Assembly: GCA_963770895.1 (NCBI GenBank)
Contig: CAVYRF010000002.1
Span: 4,160,001 to 4,224,000 of the forward strand
DNA length: 64,000 nucleotides
From: an uncultured Acidobacteriota bacterium
Lineage (GTDB): Bacteria > Acidobacteriota > Thermoanaerobaculia > Multivoradales > UBA5704
Direction: 5' to 3'
In this document: positions 9,665-20,130 of the stretch, one piece after another
How positions within the stretch are numbered: position 1 is the stretch's first letter
Layout: each line of letters begins with the position of its first letter
Made by a program: the position numbers and the translations under genes
The notes under the pieces: generated by a model
The model's database searches: none
What the model saw: only the letters and a program-made list of their open reading frames with translations
Told to the model about the DNA's origin: nothing

Positions 9665-10846
9665 TCAGTCGGTGCCGGTCGCACCGGCTTCCATCGCGGC
9701 GATGCCCAGATCCTGGTACAGGGCGTCCAGGACGCTGCGCAGCCGGCGCTCGTGGGCGTCGTTGGCGGGGGTGCCGTTGAAGGCGAGGGCGACGGCCAGG
9801 CCGTGCTCGGGGTCGGCGAAGGCGGCCGAGGAGCGGTAGCCGCTGTGGCCGAAGGTGCGCGGCGAGGCGCGGTCGCCGTAGCCGTAGGGGACGGTGGCGG
9901 CGCCGTAGCGGCTGGAGTTGACGATGAAACCCAGGCCCCAATCCAGGACGTGCTGGAAGGTGTGGTCGAGCATGCCGACGCGGTGGCGGGCGGTGAGCGC
10001 CTCGACGGCCTGCGCCGACAGGATGCGGCGGCCGCCCAGGGTGCCGCGCGCCAGCAGCATTTGATAGAAGCGGCCGAGCTGCGCCATGGGGCCGTAGCCG
10101 TTGCCGCCGGGGTGGGTGCCGGTCGCCCATTCTTCGCTGTCCCAGCCGAGCGGCCGCGGCGGTGTGGCCGGCGAGCCTTCGGTGTTGTACAGCGGGCAGA
10201 TGCGATCGGCCGCGCGCAGGTCGTGGAAGGTCACGGCAGGCATGCCGATCCAGCAGTCGGCCAGGCCCAGCGGTTCGAGGATCGCTTCGCGCGCGTAGCG
10301 TGCGTAGGGGCGGCCGTCGAGGCGCCGCACCACCTCGCCCAGCACGAACCAGCTGGAGGCGTGGTGATAGCCGGCCTTGGCGCCGGGTGTCCAGCGGGGC
10401 TCGGGGCGCATGGCGGTGATGCGCGCAACGATGGCGTCCCACGGGTCGTGCGGCCAGCCGACGTTGAGCAGGCGGATGCCGGCGGTGTGGGTGAGCAGGT
10501 GGCGCAGGGTGATGGCGTCCTTCCCCTGCGCCGCAAATTCAGGGACGTGGCGCGCCACCGGGTCGTCGATCTCCAGCAGGCCGCGCTCCCAAAGCTTGGC
10601 GATGGCGACGGCGGCCAGCGGCTTGGTCGAGGAGAGCCACAGCATCAGGTCGTCGCGGCGCAACGGCTGGCCGGGGCGCCGCTCGCCGGTGGCGGCGTCC
10701 ACCACGGTGTCGCCGTGGCGCGACACGAACAGCTGGGCGCCCAGATGCAGCCCCTGGTCGATGCCCGCGCGCAGGGCCTGCCAGGCAAGGGGGACGGCGG
10801 CGAACGCGGCAGCTTCGGCCGCCGCCGCTTCGCCGGTCGGGTCCAT
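9665..10846 (-). CDS. Serine hydrolase (beta-lactamase/EstA-like family)
   Basis: SSTK (SxxK), LRHLLTHTAG, YH, FGHSG motifs. Confidence 0.9.
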   Translation of the reverse strand: MDPTGEAAAAEAAAFAAVPLAWQALRAGIDQGLHLGAQLFVSRHGDTVVDAATGERRPGQPLRRDDLMLWLSSTKPLAAVAIAKLWERGLLEIDDPVARHVPEFAAQGKDAITLRHLLTHTAGIRLLNVGWPHDPWDAIVARITAMRPEPRWTPGAKAGYHHASSWFVLGEVVRRLDGRPYARYAREAILEPLGLADCWIGMPAVTFHDLRAADRICPLYNTEGSPATPPRPLGWDSEEWATGTHPGGNGYGPMAQLGRFYQMLLARGTLGGRRILSAQAVEALTARHRVGMLDHTFQHVLDWGLGFIVNSSRYGAATVPYGYGDRASPRTFGHSGYRSSAAFADPEHGLAVALAFNGTPANDAHERRLRSVLDALYQDLGIAAMEAGATGTD

Positions 10847-10856
10847 CACCAGGACG

Positions 10857-11759
10857 CTAACGCTTGCTGCCGGCGGCCGGGGCGGTGGCGCCCGGAGCGC
10901 CGCCGAGCTTGGCCTGCAGGTCCTTGGCGGCGTTGAGCTGCTGCTGCAGGACCGGCACCGTGGCGGTGGCGAACTTGTTGAGGTTGACTTCGGTGCAGCG
11001 GCGATGCGCTTCGTGCTCGAAGACCTTGAGGTCGGCGGTGTGATGGGTGACCACCGCGTCGACAAAGGCGCGATCGAAGTCGTTGCCGGACAGCGCCGCC
11101 AGCTCCGCGTAGGCCTTCTGGTTGGGTGCGTTCATTTCCCCCGGCAGGGTGACGCCGGCGGCGTTGCCGGCCACCAACAGCTGGATGTGGATCTTGGCGC
11201 CGTCTTCGGCCAGGCTCTTGCCGAACGCCTTGACGTCGGCGTTGGTGGCCTTGAAGGCGGCCAGCTTGCCCAGCTCTTCGGCGCGGATGTTGGCGACGAC
11301 GGCGGCGCGCGCAAACCTGCGGTCGGCGTGGCTGATCGCGTTGCCGCCGAAGGTCGTGGTGTCGACCAGCGAGGTGCCGCCGGTGCCGGCTTCGTCGGGG
11401 CTGGCGGCGACGGCCGTGCTGGGCGTGGCGGGCACGGCGACCGGCTGCGGGGCCAGGGTCGGGGTGTGGTCGCCGGTGGAGAGGTCACCGGGGATCGACG
11501 GCTGTCCCGCCGGAGGCTGGGCGGTCGTCCCCTGCCCCGGACTGGCTGTCGCCGGCGCTTTCGGCGGTGAGGGCTGCCACGGTTGCATCACCGGCGGTGG
11601 CGGCGGGGATGGTTGTGGCGCCGGCTGGTCCGCGGTCCCCTGACCCGTCTGGGCCAGAAGCCGCGGCGTCGGCGCGGTCAGAGCGAGGAACGCGCCGGCC
11701 GCGAGGGCCGCGAGCGCGAGGCGATGATGGCGGCGGTTGGCGTTGCCAGAGTTGCGCAT
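10857..11759 (-). CDS. Secreted DUF4142-domain protein
   Basis: Signal peptide, Pro-rich linker, ADRRFA...ELGKLA...DVKAFG...FDRAFVD pattern. Confidence 0.8.
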   Translation of the reverse strand: MRNSGNANRRHHRLALAALAAGAFLALTAPTPRLLAQTGQGTADQPAPQPSPPPPPVMQPWQPSPPKAPATASPGQGTTAQPPAGQPSIPGDLSTGDHTPTLAPQPVAVPATPSTAVAASPDEAGTGGTSLVDTTTFGGNAISHADRRFARAAVVANIRAEELGKLAAFKATNADVKAFGKSLAEDGAKIHIQLLVAGNAAGVTLPGEMNAPNQKAYAELAALSGNDFDRAFVDAVVTHHTADLKVFEHEAHRRCTEVNLNKFATATVPVLQQQLNAAKDLQAKLGGAPGATAPAAGSKR

Positions 11760-11903
11760 ACATCAATTCTAGTGGCGCCAGAGGCGGAAATCGATACCAG
11801 CCGCGGCGGCGCAGGCGACGGGGGCGGCAGCTCGCTGTGGCGTGCGCAGGCTGCTCGCGAGGCGGCCGCCAGCTGGTAGACTGCTGCTGAAAAAGGAGCC
11901 AAG

Positions 11904-13121
11904 GTGCTTAAATTCAACGACATCGAGGCGGCACGGCAGGCCATCGGCAAGCTCGTGGTGGATACGCCGTGCCTGCTTTCGGCGCCGTTCTCGCAGGAGG
12001 CGGGCGCCGACGTCTACCTCAAGTACGAGACGCTGCAGCGCACCGGCTCGTTCAAGGTGCGCGGGGCGCTCAACATGCTGAGCTCGCTGGCTCCCGCCGA
12101 ACTGTCGCGCGGCGTGGTCACCGCGTCGGCCGGCAACCACGCGCAGGGGGTGGCGTTCAGCGCCGCGCGCCTGGGCGCCGCCGCCACCGTGCTGATGCCG
12201 GTGACGACGCCGCTGATCAAGATCGAGAGCACCGAGCGGCTGGGCGGCCGCGTCGTGCTGGCCGGCGAAATCTTCGACGAGGCGTTGGCGGCGGCGCTGG
12301 ACCTGGCCCGGCAGCAGGGGCTGGTCTTCGTGCCGCCTTTCGAGGACGAGCGGGTCATCGCCGGGCAGGGCACCATCGGGCTGGAGCTTTTGGAGCAGGT
12401 GCCGCAGCTGGACGTGGTGGTGGTGCCGGTGGGCGGCGGCGGCCTGATCTCGGGGATCGCCGCCGCCATCAAGGAGAAGCGGCCCGCGACGCGCATCTAC
12501 GGCGTGCAGACCCAGGCGGCGCCGGCGCTGGCGGCCAGCTTCCGCGCCGGACGCGAGCGGCCGGAAGCGGTGCCGGCGGAGCGGTCGGTGGCGGACGGCA
12601 TCGCCGTCAAGCAGCCGGGGGAGCTCACCTACTCCCTGATCCGCCGCTACGTGGACGACGTCGTGACGGTGAGCGAAGACGCCATCCGTACCGCCATCAT
12701 CGATCTGCTGGAAACCGGCAAATCGCTGGTGGAAGGCGCCGCCGCCACCACCCTCGCCGCCCTGCGCGGCGGCGGCCTGGGCGACCTGGCGGGCAAGAAG
12801 GTCGTGCTGCTGCTGTCCGGCGCCAACATCGACATCCACCTGCTGGCCCGCATCATCGACCGCTCGCTGGTCGACCGCCGCCGGCTGGTGCGGCTGCAAA
12901 CGCACGTCGGCGACCGGCCGGGCGCCCTGGCCGACCTGTTGCGGCATGTCGCCACGGCCGGCGGCAACGTCGTGCGCATCCAGCACGACCGCGTGTTCAA
13001 GCACGCCGGATTCTGGGAAGCCGAGGTGGTGGTGACGCTCGAAACGCGCAACGAAGAGCACATCGCGGCGATCTGCGCCGAGCTGGCGCGCCACGGCTAC
13101 GCAGCCGAGCGCCTCGATTGA
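11904..13121 (+). CDS. ilvA: Threonine ammonia-lyase with C-terminal ACT domain
   Basis: LQRTGSFKVRG (PLP Lys), ASAGNHAQG, PVGGGGLISG, DRPGAL ACT motif. Confidence 0.92.
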   Translation: MLKFNDIEAARQAIGKLVVDTPCLLSAPFSQEAGADVYLKYETLQRTGSFKVRGALNMLSSLAPAELSRGVVTASAGNHAQGVAFSAARLGAAATVLMPVTTPLIKIESTERLGGRVVLAGEIFDEALAAALDLARQQGLVFVPPFEDERVIAGQGTIGLELLEQVPQLDVVVVPVGGGGLISGIAAAIKEKRPATRIYGVQTQAAPALAASFRAGRERPEAVPAERSVADGIAVKQPGELTYSLIRRYVDDVVTVSEDAIRTAIIDLLETGKSLVEGAAATTLAALRGGGLGDLAGKKVVLLLSGANIDIHLLARIIDRSLVDRRRLVRLQTHVGDRPGALADLLRHVATAGGNVVRIQHDRVFKHAGFWEAEVVVTLETRNEEHIAAICAELARHGYAAERLD

Positions 13122-13207
13122 CCGGGCGGCGCGCGCGTCCGCGCCTGCGGACTGTCCGGACTTCGCCGGTCGACGCCGCGGCGCTGCCGCGCCTGTAGAA
13201 TCAGGGC

Positions 13208-13945
13208 ATGTGGCACGCAGACGACGCGACGGGACTCGCGGATCGAGAGCGCCGGCCCGGCGCCGCGGCTGCGGCCGCCCAGCGCGAGCTGGCCTGGCGG
13301 TTCCTGGGCCGGGTGGGGTACCGCGACGGGGTGGCGCTGCAGGAGGGCGCGCGCCAGGCGGTGCGCGACGGCGGCCGCGAGCAGCTGCTGCTGCTGGAGC
13401 ATCCGCACGTGTACACCTTGGGGCGCAACGCCGATGCTGCCGACGTGCTGGCCAGCGAGCAATGGCTGGCGGCGCGCGGCGTCCAGGTGGTGGAAAGCGA
13501 CCGCGGCGGCCAGGTCACCTACCACGGTCCCGGCCAGCTGGTCGGCTACCCGATTCTCAATCTCAGCCCCGACCGGCGCGACATCCGGCGCTACGTGCGG
13601 GACCTCCAGGAAGCGCTGATCCGCACCCTCGCCGGGTACGGCATCGTCGCCGAGGTGCGGCCGGGCGCCGCGCTGGTGGGCGTCTGGGTGGGGGAGGAGA
13701 AGATCGCCGCCATCGGCGTCCACCTGTCGCGCTGGATCACCACCCACGGCTTCGCGCTCAACGTCGCGACCGACCTGGGGATGTACGCCGGCATCGTCCC
13801 CTGCGGTCTGCGCGCCGCCGGCGTGACGTCGATGGCGCGCCAGCTCGGCGGCGCCGCGCCGCCGCTGGACCAGGTCGCGGCGCGGCTGGCCGGCCACTTC
13901 GGCGCCATCTTCGACCGCCGGCTGGTGGCATGTCCCCTCCCCTGA
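13208..13945 (+). CDS. lipB: Lipoyl(octanoyl) transferase
   Basis: LLEHPHVYTLG, DRGGQVTYHGPGQL, KIAAIG, HGFALN, IVPCG. Confidence 0.95.
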   Translation: MWHADDATGLADRERRPGAAAAAAQRELAWRFLGRVGYRDGVALQEGARQAVRDGGREQLLLLEHPHVYTLGRNADAADVLASEQWLAARGVQVVESDRGGQVTYHGPGQLVGYPILNLSPDRRDIRRYVRDLQEALIRTLAGYGIVAEVRPGAALVGVWVGEEKIAAIGVHLSRWITTHGFALNVATDLGMYAGIVPCGLRAAGVTSMARQLGGAAPPLDQVAARLAGHFGAIFDRRLVACPLP

Positions 13946-14952
13946 CGCGGGTGTCCATCGGCCTCAACGCGGTGATCGTCGCGGTCACCGACGAGGTTCC
14001 CCGCATCCTGACGGTGCGGCAGGCCGGCGACGCCCTGCCCGGCGCACCGCCCGACGATGCGCTGCCCTTCGGCCCGCTGGAGCCGGAAAGCGACCGCACC
14101 CTGGACCGCGGCCTGCGGCGCTGGGTCTGCGAGCAGACCGGCCTGGAGGTGGGCTACGTCGAGCAGCTGTACACCTTCGGCGATCGCGACCGCGAGCCGC
14201 CGGGCCGCTCCGAGGGCGCGCGGGTGATCTCGGTGGCCTACCTGGCGCTGGTGCGCGAGGGCGAGGCCGCGGTGGCGGGCGAGGCGCATTGGCGCGACGT
14301 CTATGGCTTTCTTCCCTGGGAGGACTGGCGCGCCGGGCGGCCGGCGGTCATCGACCAGGCGATCTGTCCGGCGCTGGCGCGCTGGGCGGCGGCCGAGGAC
14401 GCGGCGCCCAGGGAGCGGGAGGCGGCGCCGGCGGCGGACCGTACCGAGCGCGCCGACATCGCCTTCGGCCTGGGCGGCGCGGCCTGGGACGGCGAGCGGG
14501 TGCTGGAACGCTACGAGCTGCTGTACGAGGCGGGGCTGGTGCCCGAGGCGCGGCGCGACGCCGCGGCGCGCGGCGGTGGGGCGGCTTCGGCGCACCGGCG
14601 GGGCGAGCTGCTGGCGGGCGTGGCGATGGCCTTCGACCATCGCCGCATCCTGGCGACCGCCCTGGGGCGGCTGCGCGGCAAGCTCAAGTACCGGCCGGTG
14701 GTCTTCGAGCTGCTGCCGCCCAGCTTCACGCTGCTGCAGCTGCAGCGGGTGGTCGAAGCGCTCGCCGGCGTGCGGCTGCACAAACAGAACTTCCGTCGCC
14801 TGGTGGAGACCGGCGGCCTGGTCGAGGGGACGGGCCGGCAGAACCCGCCGACCAGCGGGCGCCCCGCCGAGCTGTTCGTGTTCCGCCGCGACGTGCTGCG
14901 CGAGCGGCCGGCCCCCGGCGTCGGCTTGCCGAGCGCGCGGCGCGGCGTTTGA
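13930..14952 (+). CDS. nadQ: NadQ/NrtR-type NAD-metabolism regulator (Nudix-like plus winged helix)
   Basis: GYVEQLYTFGDRDR, ERYELLYEAGL, DHRRILATALGRLRGKLKYRPVVFEL, LHKQNFRRLV, GRPAELF; lies near nadABC. Confidence 0.82.
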   Translation: MSPPLTRVSIGLNAVIVAVTDEVPRILTVRQAGDALPGAPPDDALPFGPLEPESDRTLDRGLRRWVCEQTGLEVGYVEQLYTFGDRDREPPGRSEGARVISVAYLALVREGEAAVAGEAHWRDVYGFLPWEDWRAGRPAVIDQAICPALARWAAAEDAAPREREAAPAADRTERADIAFGLGGAAWDGERVLERYELLYEAGLVPEARRDAAARGGGAASAHRRGELLAGVAMAFDHRRILATALGRLRGKLKYRPVVFELLPPSFTLLQLQRVVEALAGVRLHKQNFRRLVETGGLVEGTGRQNPPTSGRPAELFVFRRDVLRERPAPGVGLPSARRGV

Positions 14953-16251
14953 TCAAAAGACGAACATGCCGATCGCCGCCAGGAACATCGCCAGGGTGGC
15001 GACGCCGACCGCGATGCGGTTGCGCAGCGAGCTGGGCTGGCCGTTCATCAGCTTGCGATCGGAGGCGACGATCAGGATGCCGACCATCAGGAACGGCGCC
15101 AGCAGGCCGTTGAGCACGGCGCTCCAGAACAGCGCCCGCATGGCGTCGACCTGCCCGAAGCCCAACCCGACGCCGGTGCCGGTCGCGAGCAGCAGGACAA
15201 AGTAGAACAGCGGCGCGCGGCGCAGCCGCTGGTCCAGGCCGGCCCGCCAGTGGAAGATCTCGGCAAAGGCGTACGCCGCCGAGCCGGCGAGGGTCGGGAT
15301 GGCGAGCAGGCCGACGCCGACGATGCCCAGGGTGTACAGGGTGGAGGCGAAGCGGCCGGCCAGGGGGCGCAGTGCCAGGGCCGCCTGGCGCGACGATTCG
15401 ATGTGGGTGATGCCGTGGGCGTGCAGCGTCGAGGCGGTGGCCAGGATGATGAAGTACATGGCGGCGTTCGACGACCAGGTGCCGAAGCCGACGTCGACCT
15501 TGCGGTCGAGCAGCTCCTTGGGCGTGGCGCCCTCGCGGCGGATGCGGGCGCGGCGCCCGTCGACGATCTCGCCTTCGACTTCCTGCGCCGTCTGCCAGAA
15601 GAACAGGTAGGGGCTGATGGTGGTGCCGAACAGCGCCACCAGGGTCGCCCAGGTGTCGCGGCCCGGCGGCAGGTTGGGCACGAACGAGTCGCGCAGCACG
15701 GTACGCCAGGCCGGATGGACGAAGCAGGCGGTGATGGCATAGGCCGCCAGGGCGAGCGCCAGCCATTTGAGGGTGCCGGCGATCTGGCGGAAGCGCAGGC
15801 GGATGGTGGCGTACGAGATGGCGACCCCGAAGCCGACCACGAACCACTTGGCATCGAGCCCGGAGAGCATCGACGCGGCGTCGGCCATGCCGCTCAGGTC
15901 GGCGCCGATGTTGATGGTGTTGGCGAGCAGCAGGGCGACGGCGATGGCGATCAGCACCGGCTGCGGAAAGCGCCGCCGCAACACCGTCGCCAGGCCTTCG
16001 CCGGTGACCATGCCGATGCGCGCGCACATCATCTGCACCGCCGCCATCAGCGGCCACAGGTAGAGGGCCGTCCACAGCAGCGCCGTGCCCAGCTGGGCGC
16101 CGGTGATCGAATAGGTGGCGATGCCCGAAGGATCGTCGTCCGCCGCGCCGGTGACCAGGCCGGGGCCCAGCGTGGCGAGGAAACGCCGCAGCGGCCCGGG
16201 GCGGCGGGGAGCGGGCGCGGCTGGGGGCTGGGTGGTCAGGGGCGCGATCAT
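14953..16251 (-). CDS. Nramp-family divalent metal transporter
   Basis: LGPGLVTGAADDDPSGIATYS, GTTISPYLFFWQ; many TM helices. Confidence 0.9.
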   Translation of the reverse strand: MIAPLTTQPPAAPAPRRPGPLRRFLATLGPGLVTGAADDDPSGIATYSITGAQLGTALLWTALYLWPLMAAVQMMCARIGMVTGEGLATVLRRRFPQPVLIAIAVALLLANTINIGADLSGMADAASMLSGLDAKWFVVGFGVAISYATIRLRFRQIAGTLKWLALALAAYAITACFVHPAWRTVLRDSFVPNLPPGRDTWATLVALFGTTISPYLFFWQTAQEVEGEIVDGRRARIRREGATPKELLDRKVDVGFGTWSSNAAMYFIILATASTLHAHGITHIESSRQAALALRPLAGRFASTLYTLGIVGVGLLAIPTLAGSAAYAFAEIFHWRAGLDQRLRRAPLFYFVLLLATGTGVGLGFGQVDAMRALFWSAVLNGLLAPFLMVGILIVASDRKLMNGQPSSLRNRIAVGVATLAMFLAAIGMFVF

Positions 16252-16378
16252 AGCGGAGTGGCGCGGCGGCTCTGTGGCCGTCCGAGGTTGCCCGGCGGCG
16301 CGGCGAGCCAGGCGCCGTGTGTGCATGGTCTGTGCCGGGACGCGGCCGGGACCGCCTGACCGGCCGGCTGTCACACGC

Positions 16379-16407
16379 TTGACAAGCGATATGCTCATCT
16401 CTAGTAT
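16379..16407 (+). promoter_or_regulatory. Sigma70 promoter of nadABC (probably leaderless)
   Basis: TTGACA 16379-16384, 17-bp spacer, TAGTAT 16402-16407; ATG follows 6 nt later. Confidence 0.75.
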
Positions 16408-16409
16408 AA
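16389..16409. promoter_or_regulatory. Putative NadQ operator
   Basis: atATGCTCA-tct-CTAGTATaa resembles the NadQ palindrome ATRCTCA-n3-TGAGYAT (consensus recalled); overlaps the spacer and -10. Confidence 0.6.
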
Positions 16410-16413
16410 GTGC

Positions 16414-17424
16414 ATGGACCTCACATACACACCCCAGGTAGCGAGCGCGACGGCGGCGGTGGCGGAGCGAGTGCGGGCGGTCATCCCGCCGCTGGAATGG
16501 CCGGTGCACGCTCCGTACGTGGCCGCCATCGCCGAGCTCAAGCGGCAGCGCAATGCCGTGGTGCTGGCCCACAACTACCAGACCCCCGAGATCTACCACG
16601 GCGTCGCCGACTTCACCGGCGATTCGCTGGCGCTGGCGGAATTCGGCGCCCGCACCGAGGCGGAGGTGATCGTGCTGGCCGGGGTCCACTTCATGGCCGA
16701 AACGGCGAAGATCCTGTCGCCTGACAAGACGGTGCTGATCCCCGATCTGCGCGCCGGCTGCTCGCTGGCGGCGTCGATCACCGCCCAGGACATCCGGCTG
16801 CTGCGGCAGCGCTATCCGGGGGTGCCGGTGGTGACCTACGTCAACACTTCGGCGGCGGTCAAGGCGGAGTCAGACATCTGCTGCACCTCGGCCAACGCGG
16901 TGGCGGTGGTGGAATCGCTGGGCGTGCCGCGGGTGATCTTTCTGCCCGACGAATACCTGGGACGCTACGTCGCCGAGCAGACGACGGTTGAAGTGATCCT
17001 GTGGCGCGGCCACTGCGAGGTGCATGAACGCTTCACCGGCGACGAGCTGCGCGCCTTCCGCGCCGGCCACGCCGGGATTCAGATCCTGGCCCACCCCGAG
17101 TGCCCGCCCGACGTGCTGGCGGAGGCCGATTTTGTCGGTTCGACGGCGGCGATGATCCGCCACGTCGGCACGACGCGGCCGTCGCGGGTGGTGATGGTGA
17201 CCGAGTGCTCGATGAGCGACAACGTGGCGGTTGAGTTCCCCGACGTCCAGTTCGTGCGGCCGTGCCAGCTCTGCCCGCACATGAAGCGCATCACCCTGCC
17301 GAAGATCCTGCATTCCCTTGAAACGATGGAGCACCAGGTCCAGGTCGATCCGGCGATCGCGGGACGCGCCCGCCAGGCCCTGGCGCGCATGCTTGCGGTC
17401 GGCCGCCGCGAGGTGCGGCAGTGA
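16414..17424 (+). CDS. nadA: Quinolinate synthase
   Basis: [41 protein letters not shown]. Confidence 0.96.
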   Translation: MDLTYTPQVASATAAVAERVRAVIPPLEWPVHAPYVAAIAELKRQRNAVVLAHNYQTPEIYHGVADFTGDSLALAEFGARTEAEVIVLAGVHFMAETAKILSPDKTVLIPDLRAGCSLAASITAQDIRLLRQRYPGVPVVTYVNTSAAVKAESDICCTSANAVAVVESLGVPRVIFLPDEYLGRYVAEQTTVEVILWRGHCEVHERFTGDELRAFRAGHAGIQILAHPECPPDVLAEADFVGSTAAMIRHVGTTRPSRVVMVTECSMSDNVAVEFPDVQFVRPCQLCPHMKRITLPKILHSLETMEHQVQVDPAIAGRARQALARMLAVGRREVRQ

Positions 17425-19163
17425 AAGGCCGGCTGACGGCGGTCCAGGACGTGGTGGAAGCCGACGTGCTGGTGGTCGGCGCCGGCGCCGCTGGGCTCAC
17501 CGCCGCCCTGGGGTGCGGGCCGCTGCGGGTGGTGGTGCTGACCAAGATCCGTCTGAGCGCCGCCGGCGGCGGCGGCGCCAGCGCCTGGGCGCAGGGGGGG
17601 GTGGCGTCGGCGGTAGGCGACGACGACGATCCGGCGCTGCATGCCGCCGACACGCTGGCGGCCGGCGCCGGCCTCAACGACGTGCCGATCGTGCGGCTGC
17701 TGACCGGCGAGGGGCCGCGGCGCATCCGCGCCCTGCAGCAGCTGGGCGCGTGCTTCGACCGCGACGCCTTTGGGCGGCTGGCGCTGGGGCGGGAAGCGGC
17801 GCACAGCCGGCGCCGCATCCTGCACGCGCACGGCGACGCCACCGGCGCCGAAGTGGTGCGCACGCTGGTCGCGGCGGTGCGGCGGCAGGCCGCCATCCAG
17901 GTGGTCGACGACACCTTCGCCATCGACCTGGTGCGGGTGGGCGAGGTGGTGGCGGGCGTGACGGCGCTGCGGCGCGACGGCAGCCGCGTGCTGTTCCGCG
18001 CGCCGGCGGTGGTGCTGGCGACGGGCGGCCTGGGGCAGCTGTTCCAGTACACCACCAACCCGCGTGAGGCGACCGCCGACGGCCTGGCGATGGCGGCGCG
18101 GGCGGGCGCCCGCCTGGTGGACCTCGAGTTCGTGCAGTTCCATCCCACCGCGCTGGCCGTGGGCGGCGCGGGTTCCGGCACCGCCGCCGGCAAGGTGCCC
18201 GGTGGCGCGCCGCTGCCGCTGCTCACCGAGGCGCTGCGCGGCGAAGGGGCGGTGCTGATCGACGACCTCGGCAGCCGCTTCATGGTCGGGTTGCACCCCG
18301 ACCGCGAGCTGGCGCCGCGCGACGTGGTGGCGCGCGCCATCTGGGGGCGCCTGCGGGCCGGGCGCAAGGTGTTTCTGGATGCCCGCGCCGCCGTGGGCGA
18401 CCGCTTCCCCGAGCGCTTCCCGACGGTGTTCGCGCTCTGCCGGCAGCACGGCATCGACCCGCGCGTCCAACCGATGCCGGTCGTTCCGGCGGCGCACTAC
18501 CACATGGGCGGTGTGGCGGTGGACGCCGCCGGCCGCGCCTCGCTCCCCGGCCTGTGGGCGTGCGGCGAGGTGGCGGCGACCGGCGCGCACGGCGCCAACC
18601 GGCTGGCCAGCAACTCGCTGCTCGAAGCGCTGGTCTTCGGTGCCCGCGTGGCCGAAGACATCGTGGCCGCGGCGCCGCAGCGGCGGGGCGGCGGCGCCCC
18701 ACCGGCGGCGGGGGCCGCGGCAGCCGCGGTGGGCGCGGCGGCGTGGGGCGATCGCGAAGGCCGCCCGGCGGTGGGCGAGCCGGCGCTGTTCCGGGGCGCT
18801 CAGGACCTGACCGGCGAAGTGCGGCGCATCCTCTGGGAGCAGGTGGGGCTGGAGCGCACCGGCGCCGGCCTGGCGGCGGCCGTGGGTGAGCTGGAGCGGC
18901 TCGCCCATGCGCGGCCTGAGATGCCGGACGAACTGCGCAACCTGCTGTGGGTGGGGCGGCTGATGGCGCAGGCGGCGCTCGCGCGGCAGGAGAGCCGCGG
19001 CGGCCACTACCGCAGCGACCACCCGCAGCCCGACGCCGCCTGGCAGCGGCGCCTGTTCCTGACCGCCTCGCCGGACGCGCGGGCGCGTTTCGAGGCCGGC
19101 GAGCCGGCCGAGGTGCCGGCGCCCGCTCTGCAGGCGATCGCCCAGCTGGAGCGTGGAGCGTGA
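17421..19163 (+). CDS. nadB: L-aspartate oxidase
   Basis: [48 protein letters not shown]. Confidence 0.95.
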   Translation: MKGRLTAVQDVVEADVLVVGAGAAGLTAALGCGPLRVVVLTKIRLSAAGGGGASAWAQGGVASAVGDDDDPALHAADTLAAGAGLNDVPIVRLLTGEGPRRIRALQQLGACFDRDAFGRLALGREAAHSRRRILHAHGDATGAEVVRTLVAAVRRQAAIQVVDDTFAIDLVRVGEVVAGVTALRRDGSRVLFRAPAVVLATGGLGQLFQYTTNPREATADGLAMAARAGARLVDLEFVQFHPTALAVGGAGSGTAAGKVPGGAPLPLLTEALRGEGAVLIDDLGSRFMVGLHPDRELAPRDVVARAIWGRLRAGRKVFLDARAAVGDRFPERFPTVFALCRQHGIDPRVQPMPVVPAAHYHMGGVAVDAAGRASLPGLWACGEVAATGAHGANRLASNSLLEALVFGARVAEDIVAAAPQRRGGGAPPAAGAAAAAVGAAAWGDREGRPAVGEPALFRGAQDLTGEVRRILWEQVGLERTGAGLAAAVGELERLAHARPEMPDELRNLLWVGRLMAQAALARQESRGGHYRSDHPQPDAAWQRRLFLTASPDARARFEAGEPAEVPAPALQAIAQLERGA

Positions 19164-20041
19164 TCGGCGGCCCGGCCGGCACCGGCGCTCTCCACCTGCC
19201 GCCGCTCTATCCGCTGCTCTACGAAGAGGTGGTGCGGCGCGCGCTGGCCGAAGACCTGGGGCGGGCCGGCGACCTGACCAGCGACGCCGTGGTGCCGGCG
19301 GACCTGCAGACCACGGCAGCGCTGGTGGCACGGCAGGCAGGCCGGCTGGCGGGCCTGGACGTGGCGCTGGCGGCGTTCCGCCTGCTCGATCCGACTTTGA
19401 TCTGCGAGCCGCAAGCCGTCGACGGCAGCGACGTCGCGGCCGACGACGTGCTGGCGACGGTGCACGGCGCCGCGCGCCCCATCCTGTCGGCGGAGCGCAC
19501 GGCGCTCAACCTGCTGGGCCGCCTGAGCGGCATCGCCACGGCGACGCGCGACCTGGTGGCGCTGGTGGCGCCGCACGGCGCGCGCGTGGTGTGTACGCGC
19601 AAGACCACGCCGGGTCTGCGCGCGCTCGAAAAGTACGCGGTGCGCGCCGGCGGCGGCGCCAACCACCGCTTCGGGCTCGACGACGCGGTGCTCATCAAGG
19701 ACAACCACCGCGCGCTGGCCGGCGGCCTGCGCAGCGCCTTCGAGCGCGCCCGGCGCGCCGTCGGCCACCTGGTCAAGATCGAGGTCGAAGTGGATTCGCT
19801 CGCGGAGCTGGACGAAGCGCTGGCGCTGGGCGCCGACGTGGTGCTGCTCGACAACATGCCGCCCGACATGCTCGCCGAAGCCGTGCGGCGCGCCCACGGC
19901 CGGGCGCTCACCGAGGCCTCCGGCGGCATCCAGCCGGCCACCGCGGTGGCCATCGCCGCCACCGGCGTGGCGCTGCTTTCGGTCGGCTGGCTGACCCACA
20001 GCGCGCCGGCTCTCGACATCGCCCTGGACATCGACGAATAG
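19160..20041 (+). CDS. nadC: Nicotinate-nucleotide diphosphorylase (quinolinate phosphoribosyltransferase)
   Basis: ALAEDLG, TRKTTPG, NHRFGL, LIKDNH, LLDNM, EASGG; GTG overlaps the nadB stop. Confidence 0.95.
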   Translation: MIGGPAGTGALHLPPLYPLLYEEVVRRALAEDLGRAGDLTSDAVVPADLQTTAALVARQAGRLAGLDVALAAFRLLDPTLICEPQAVDGSDVAADDVLATVHGAARPILSAERTALNLLGRLSGIATATRDLVALVAPHGARVVCTRKTTPGLRALEKYAVRAGGGANHRFGLDDAVLIKDNHRALAGGLRSAFERARRAVGHLVKIEVEVDSLAELDEALALGADVVLLDNMPPDMLAEAVRRAHGRALTEASGGIQPATAVAIAATGVALLSVGWLTHSAPALDIALDIDE

Positions 20042-20130
20042 GCCTGGCGCGCGCCAGGGGCCAGGGCGCCGGGCGCCGCCCGCCGGACGTCCCGCGGTAC
20101 CGCGGACATCGCGCGCGCGCCGCGGCGCCG

